Of a stretch of DNA of 64,000 nucleotides, positions 57,850-64,000 are shown piece by piece. Origin of the DNA: Bacteroidota bacterium (GTDB lineage Bacteria > Bacteroidota > Bacteroidia > AKYH767-A > OLB10); contig JADKFV010000054.1 in assembly GCA_016717325.1 (NCBI GenBank), forward strand, positions 8,788-72,787. The letters run 5' to 3'. The position numbers were made by a program, and so were the translations under genes. Numbering within the stretch: the first letter of the stretch is position 1; each line of letters starts with the position of its first letter. The notes under the pieces are model-generated. The model had not been told where the DNA came from. It made no database searches and was given only the letters and a program-made list of their open reading frames with translations.

Positions 57850-60751
57850 TTTGATGTTGCCAGTGTTGCTTGTAGGGCAGACGCCAACGGTAGGTCAATA
57901 TAAAAACATGCGCGCTAAAAAGCCATTGTCTTTTTTGAATTTTAATTCTTCAATTGGTGTGCCCCAATGTGCAAATTTTAGTTATGTATGTCGCAATGTG
58001 CATTTACCCTCCATCACCCAAACCCCCGATGTGCCGCTGTGTGCCGACCAGTATAACACAGCAACGCTTACAGCAAATACAACATGCCCACCACTTAGTT
58101 ATGCCTGGAATACCGGTGCTGCAACATCAGCCATAAATGTAAACTTAGCCGGTACGTATACTGTTACAGTTACCTACCAATGTGGATACACAGCGTCCGC
58201 CACACAACAAGTGTATAATTGTTGCAATGGCACTTTCAGGATTGATGGGCCATATGAAAAGCTAAGCGATCTTGTTTTAAATAACAATATTGGCTTTTTA
58301 ACTACAGTTGGCAGCAATGCATACATGACAAATGTATTTGATTGTTCGAACCCCGCTGACCCTCATCAAACACTGGCAATTAATGGACGATTAATTGTAG
58401 ACATGAATCTTGAACTGCAGGGCATGGAAATACTCATGGGACCCAACTCGGAAATTGTAGTTAAAAATGGATTCTTGTTAAAAAACAATGGCCCTTCTCA
58501 GCCACAAATTTGCAACTACTTGCATGGCTGTGATGAATACATGTGGCAAGGAATAATATTAGAAGGTTCAACTGCCAACAACGATGCGTTGCAATTTAAA
58601 ATTATGCCAGTTTACATAGAAGATGCCAAGCAAGCAATCCGTGCCGATAACAATGCTAAGTTTACAGTTAACAATGTCCTATTTAATAAAAACAATGTGA
58701 GTGTGCATATAACCCCAAATGGCAACTTGGCAAACAACAGCACCATTACCAATTGCAAAATACAATGCAACACTTGGAGTTCTTATACACCCCAAACATG
58801 CTTACAGCCTTACCTTGGTAAGCGCAGCTATGCCGGTGTAAAAGCAAACAATATTTTGAGCATGACCATAGGCGATGAATTTAATTTGAACAATAAAAAT
58901 TATTTTCGCAATCAAGATACCGGCATTGTGGTAATAAATAGTGCTGCCGATATTTACAACAACACTTTTATTGATGCTACATTAAACGACCCCTTGGACC
59001 AGGGCCTGGAGAATGGAATTGGTGTGAGCGCTGTTGGAAGTAAAATAAAAACTTCAACTATTAATATTGGTAAAAATGGAATAGGTGCAAACTCCTTTTC
59101 TAATTTATGGTGTGGTGTGCGTTCAAAATTATTTACCGAACAAAACATAAAGTACAATAATTTTATGGGCATTGGCTATGGCATATTTATATCGAGCCAT
59201 AGAAACATGAAAATAGAGATAAATAATAATACGATGCAAAATTTTTATGCCGGCATTTTTGGTGGCGATATGGTAACGGCAGATTACTGTAAAGTACACA
59301 GTAATAATTTGTATCAAAATTTTGCATCGGGCTTTGTGGGTATAAGACTTGGTTCTTCGCTCGATAGATTTTTGGATTGTGAAATTTACGACAATACCAT
59401 AGCATCGTGCCGATATGGAATAAATGTTTTGAATACTGCACGTGCACGCATAAACAACAACACAATAAATATTACTGTGACACCAAATACAAATATGGCC
59501 GAGCATGTGGGCATACGCGGGCAAAACATCACCACGGCCGATGCTGTTTCCAATACCATAAATTGGCTTACACATCCTACTTCAACAAATGACATGATTA
59601 ATTACGCTACGAAAGTGAAAGGCTTACAATTTAATACATGCGCAAATGGTAGTATATCTTTCAATCATACACATTGGTGTGGTGCCGGGTTCGAGGCCAT
59701 TTTCAATTGCCCTCAATTAGAATTTACCTGCAACGATAATAACGATTGTTTCAATGGTTTTTATCTCACCGGTGCAACATTACCAAATATGATTAAGCTC
59801 AACGGTAACGATGCGGCTAATGCAAATACATGGAATAATAATATTAGCCAATTTAATATTGATTGGCCAATGTTCAATCCACCTAACATTATTGATTGGT
59901 ATTATGTCCAGGCAATTACGAATAGTGAACCTTTTCCAAGAGATCCGTTGATTGTTAAACCAAAGATAATTTCAAATGGAGTTGATTGCTCCAATATTCC
60001 CGATGGCGGTTTGGCAAATACAGTTGAACGAATAATCAATGACAGCATCAATTACGAAAGCTTTACCGAAGAAAATAGATTTGCCGAAGATGAGTTTGCT
60101 TATGATAGATTGCAAAAAGACAGCGCACTTGCCGCTACTATTGATAGTGTATTAGCACATCAATTTCGCTATGCAATGGATAGCAACACCATAGGTCAAT
60201 TTTATCAAGTGCAACAGGCAATAGCCAACGAAGATTATGCATCAGCTTATAACCTCAATGCACAAGTAAGCGACTCACGCATGGTGGCAGTTAATAAGCA
60301 AATAGTAAACGAAATATACTTGCGCACCATTGCATTAGACAAACCATTGGAAGCCGAAGATAAAATAACCTTGATGGACATTGCCACATTGTTGAGTTTG
60401 GCCGGTGGCGAGGGTACATTTTGGGCACGCGAAATATTGGGTGTAGATTTTGAAGATTTACTCAGCAGCTATTTGCGCACCACACAAACTACTGTGTACA
60501 ACGACAACCTGAATGCACAAGTAAAACTAATGCCCAACCCAACCAATGGCAAGGTAATATTAAATGCCAGCCTACCCATAAACTCTGTTACGCTATACAA
60601 TAGCATGCAACAAGAAGTAACAACACCACAATTATTAATGGACGATAAAAACATGGAGCTCGACTTATCGGCTATGGATAATGGTGTGTTTTATTTAAAA
60701 GTGGTATTTGCCACGCAGGTGAAATATTATACCGTTGTGGTTACACACTAA
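57824..60751 (+). CDS. T9SS cargo with right-handed beta-helix repeats; 5' end lacks a signal peptide and may be truncated
   Basis: SprB/PKD-like module (YAWNTG...AGTYTVTV), C....WQGI.L motif, Asn-rich 'I.NNTI...GI' repeats, CTD LMPNPTNG...GVFYLKV. The annotated start lies inside the orphan CTD remnant. Confidence 0.7.
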   Translation: MQGCKILVGLMLPVLLVGQTPTVGQYKNMRAKKPLSFLNFNSSIGVPQCANFSYVCRNVHLPSITQTPDVPLCADQYNTATLTANTTCPPLSYAWNTGAATSAINVNLAGTYTVTVTYQCGYTASATQQVYNCCNGTFRIDGPYEKLSDLVLNNNIGFLTTVGSNAYMTNVFDCSNPADPHQTLAINGRLIVDMNLELQGMEILMGPNSEIVVKNGFLLKNNGPSQPQICNYLHGCDEYMWQGIILEGSTANNDALQFKIMPVYIEDAKQAIRADNNAKFTVNNVLFNKNNVSVHITPNGNLANNSTITNCKIQCNTWSSYTPQTCLQPYLGKRSYAGVKANNILSMTIGDEFNLNNKNYFRNQDTGIVVINSAADIYNNTFIDATLNDPLDQGLENGIGVSAVGSKIKTSTINIGKNGIGANSFSNLWCGVRSKLFTEQNIKYNNFMGIGYGIFISSHRNMKIEINNNTMQNFYAGIFGGDMVTADYCKVHSNNLYQNFASGFVGIRLGSSLDRFLDCEIYDNTIASCRYGINVLNTARARINNNTINITVTPNTNMAEHVGIRGQNITTADAVSNTINWLTHPTSTNDMINYATKVKGLQFNTCANGSISFNHTHWCGAGFEAIFNCPQLEFTCNDNNDCFNGFYLTGATLPNMIKLNGNDAANANTWNNNISQFNIDWPMFNPPNIIDWYYVQAITNSEPFPRDPLIVKPKIISNGVDCSNIPDGGLANTVERIINDSINYESFTEENRFAEDEFAYDRLQKDSALAATIDSVLAHQFRYAMDSNTIGQFYQVQQAIANEDYASAYNLNAQVSDSRMVAVNKQIVNEIYLRTIALDKPLEAEDKITLMDIATLLSLAGGEGTFWAREILGVDFEDLLSSYLRTTQTTVYNDNLNAQVKLMPNPTNGKVILNASLPINSVTLYNSMQQEVTTPQLLMDDKNMELDLSAMDNGVFYLKVVFATQVKYYTVVVTH

Positions 60752-60762
60752 TCAATATTTGT

Positions 60763-60798
60763 AAAGCAAGTCAAGTTAATAATTACTTGACTTGCTTT
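60763..60798. terminator. 14-bp perfect hairpin between two co-directional T9SS cargo genes
   Basis: AAAGCAAGTCAAGT-N8-ACTTGACTTGCTTT. Confidence 0.6.
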
Positions 60799-60812
60799 TA
60801 TAAAATCAAATT

Positions 60813-62304
60813 ATGAAAATATATTTTGTTTTTTATTTTATTGTTGAATGTAAATGCCTACAGCCAAGGCCGCAATGCTAATTGGGTATTTGGTGATAGT
60901 GCAGGTATTCATTTCGATGGTATGAATGTACCAACTACTTTTCATTCAACTTGTGTAAGCGATGGTGAATCTGCAACCATTAGTGATACGTTGGGTAATC
61001 TGCTTTTTTTTGTACATGGTATTTCACTATATTCTCAACCAAATACAAAAATTATTGATAATAATTTTATCATGATGCAAAATGGTGACTCAATAATTGG
61101 AGACAATACCTATAATTCAGACATTATAATACCCGTGCCGTTAAATGATTCTTTATATTATCATATATCTTGCGTTTCAACAAGCAGTGCTGTCCATTAT
61201 ACTGTAATAAGAAAGAATAATTTTCAAACTAACGGAGTAGTAATTTCAAAAAACAATTTATTGTTAAGTAGAACCCTTTCTGATTGTTTAAATGCAGTAA
61301 GACATGGGAATGGCCGCGATTGGTGGATAATCACTCGACTTGGAGCAATTATACCTAATGATACTTTTTTTGTTTGGCTATTGGAACCGAATGGAATATC
61401 TGGGCCTTACAAACAACACGCAGGGATTAGCAAACCTGATGGCATACAAAGAAGCACCTTTAATAACGATGGCTCCCAATTTACAGAAGTATCATACTCC
61501 GGCAAAATAGAAGAGTTTAATTTTGACAGATGCACAGGAACAATAACGTCTAACAGGATTATCAGAAATCCATTTTTTGGGAGTTACCTTACTTTTTGGC
61601 ATGTTACATACTCAAGCAAAGGCAAGTATTTATATGTATCGCATTATAATATCAACACAGATAGTTCATTTATTTTTCAATTAGACATGGACTTACAAGA
61701 CCCTTGGCTCAATCGTGATACAATTTGGGCTATAACCCCTTGGCAAGGACCTTTTTTAAAATTAGGTCCAGATAAGAGAATATATGTGGCTCATGCCGAT
61801 ATTAAATATTCATTTCCATATTATCCATATCCTTCTAATTATTTTACAAACAAAATAACACACTTAGGCGTAATCAACCAACCCGATAGCCCTGCAGTGA
61901 GTTGCGATTTTCAGCCTTATAGTTTTTACCTTGGCCCCAATGCCCGCACCTACACAGGCACAAGCAACCTGCCCGATTATAATTTGGGCCCACTTGTGGG
62001 GAGCGGGTGTGATACGCTAAGCCTCCCCAACCCCTCCCAAGGAGGGGCTTTAGGAACAATGAGCGCATACTATCACCATGATTGGCAAACCATATTTGTA
62101 AATGCCCAAAACCTAAAAGGTCAAAATGTAACCATAAGTGTATACGATGGATTGGGAAGTTTGAAGTTGAAAGTTGAAAGTTTGAAGGCGGTGGGTGGAT
62201 ATTTTACCCAAAACATAAATGCTACAAATTGGCCCGCAGGACTTTATTTAATAGAACTAAAAACCGAAAATGAAAAAATAGCTTGCAAGGTTGTAAAATA
62301 TTAG
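60813..62304 (+). CDS. Beta-propeller-like T9SS cargo ('NWVFG' family); indel in the A run after the start
   Basis: MKYILFFILLLNVNAYSQG is restored by removing one A at 60816-60819. NWVFGDSAGI.F, SDTLGNLLF, HGNGRDWWI, LGPDKRIY, VINQPD, CTD-like end PAGLYLIEL...KVVKY. Confidence 0.8.
62019..62050. repeat. REP-like palindrome read in frame inside the 60813-62304 CDS
   Basis: AAGCCTCCCCAACCCCTCC-CAA-GGAGGGGCTT is a GC-rich hairpin in an AT-rich gene and translates as SLPNPSQGGAL. Confidence 0.6.
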
Positions 62305-62484
62305 TGGGGCTTTTTTATTTTTTCTGCAAACAATTTCAAATCTATTTGTTTAGTATTTCATCGCTTAAGGCATTTTACTGGCTGTGTGTTTTTGGCACTT
62401 TTCCTTTTCAAAACATTGCAATTTTTTTTGTAGTATTTAACAAGGGATATTTTTTAGCTTTATATTTACAAAAATAATTGCAGT

Positions 62485-63928
62485 ATGAAAAACGTATTTC
62501 TCATAGTTGTTACATTTTATGTTTAGTTGGGTTAGTGCCCAAAACCTGGTGCTCAACCCCAGCTTCGAAACCTTTGCTCCTTGCCCTGTTGGGCCTGGTG
62601 AATTTATCAATGCACAAAATTGGGACGATGCCAACTCGGGTGCCGACTCTACCTCATCGCCCGATTTGTATGCCGCCTGTTCGTGGCAAATAGGTGGTGT
62701 AAACAGTCCTGCGGCATTGCTTGGTTATCAGCCATCGCGTACAGGATTTGCACATGCCGGCATTATAAATTACGAAGCCGTTTCGTTGTTTGGTTGTGTG
62801 CAACTTTTTAGCGATAACTACCGTGAGTATATACGAGGTGAATTGTCATCGCCACTGCAGGCGGGCACGCAATACGATGTATCGTTTTATGTGAACCTTG
62901 CCAACAATGCAAAGTTTGCGGTGAGTAACATGGGGGTGTATTTTAGCACAACTGCAGTGTCACAAAATTTCGGCACTCAACCCGGACCTATGCAACAGAC
63001 GCCACAATTAACTTACACTGGAGTTTTACTTGATGATACTGCGCAATGGAAATTGCTTACCTGGAATTATACCGCAACAGGTGGCGAAAAATATTTTGTG
63101 ATAGGAAATTTTGATAACGACAATGGCACCAATGACCAATGTGTAAATGCAAATAGTTTTTTCCCTTATGCCTATTATTTTATTGATGATGTAAGTGTAG
63201 TTGCACTAACCTCCGCTGCCCCAATTGTAAATTTTGCTGCCAGCGATTCTGTTTTTTGCGAAAAACAAAGTATAGATTTTACCGACCTCAGCACCAATAA
63301 TCCTACAATGTGGCAATGGACTTTTGCCGGTGCAAACCCTGCTACATCCACAATGCAAAATCCGGCCGGGATATATTATCCTACATATGGTACGTTTGCT
63401 GTTTCACTTGTAGCATGTAATGCAGCCGGTTGCGATTCGCTATTTTACAACACCTTCATTACCGAATTGCAAAGCCCGCCAACGCCAACAGTAACTGTAA
63501 ACGGTAGTTTATTATGTGCTTCGGCAGCAGCAAATTATGCTTGGTACGAAACTTCAAATCTTAGTTTGATATTATCGACCTTGCAATGTTATCAACCTAC
63601 AATGCCGGGAAATTATTTTGTAATAGTTAGCGATAGTAATGAATGCAGCACTCCATCGGCAAGTGTGGCTATTACTTCGGTGCAAAATAATTTCAGTACA
63701 GATTGTATTGCAATAAATAAATTAGGCATCAATATTTTTGAAATAAAAAACAACTGCTCTCATCAAAATATAAGTTGCACCATTATGGATGTTACCGGAA
63801 AAATAATTGACGTATTTGAAACGAACGGTAAACACGTTTTCGATTTACAAAACGTTTCGACAGGAATTTATTTTTTGAAATATAATGCAAAAGAAATGTC
63901 TGGTGTAGTGAAGATGGCCGTGTATTAA
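62485..63928 (+). CDS. T9SS cargo: 'NLVLNPSFE' domain, PKD domain and CTD-like end; extra T at 62515-62518
   Basis: MKNVFLIVVTFMFSWVSAQ is restored by removing one T. Its N-domain is paralogous to that of the 48912 gene. PKD NF.AS...C..Q.IDFTDLSTN.PT.WQWTF.GA.P. End STGIYFLK. Confidence 0.8.
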
Positions 63929-64000
63929 TTCAGCCGAAATTTTTTGCATTTGCGTTACAGCTTTTATTTGCCTCACATAATTGCTTCTTCATACGTATAT

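Overview
AT-rich chromosomal window from a Bacteroidota bacterium, based on porZ-recO synteny, TAnnTTTG promoters and eight T9SS C-terminal-domain proteins. Housekeeping genes are frr, pyrH, recO, rplM-rpsI-rpsB-tsf, ansA, an S41 protease, tRNA-Gln, meaB and uvrC. They are interleaved with secreted accessory genes: (i) one ~20.4 kb gene for a ~6,790-aa Cys-rich SprB-repeat T9SS protein, which the ORF track splits into four pieces; (ii) a T9SS-secreted lysyl-oxidase-like protein that keeps the Cu-binding His and both LTQ-forming residues; (iii) a fibre-like protein with an S74 autocleaving chaperone placed just before its T9SS signal; (iv) several other T9SS cargos. A Crp/Fnr gene is followed by a DinB - NRDE(TANGO2) - ATP-grasp operon with a candidate operator, which is the best candidate for an uncharacterised system here. 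About 16 single-base indels, mostly in homopolymers and including rpsI and uvrC, look like sequencing or assembly errors, so split ORFs were rejoined rather than called pseudogenes. Several short REP/MITE-like palindromes are present, one inside a coding sequence. No transposase, integrase, CRISPR array or rRNA was seen. All family assignments come from recognising motifs by eye; no database search was run.
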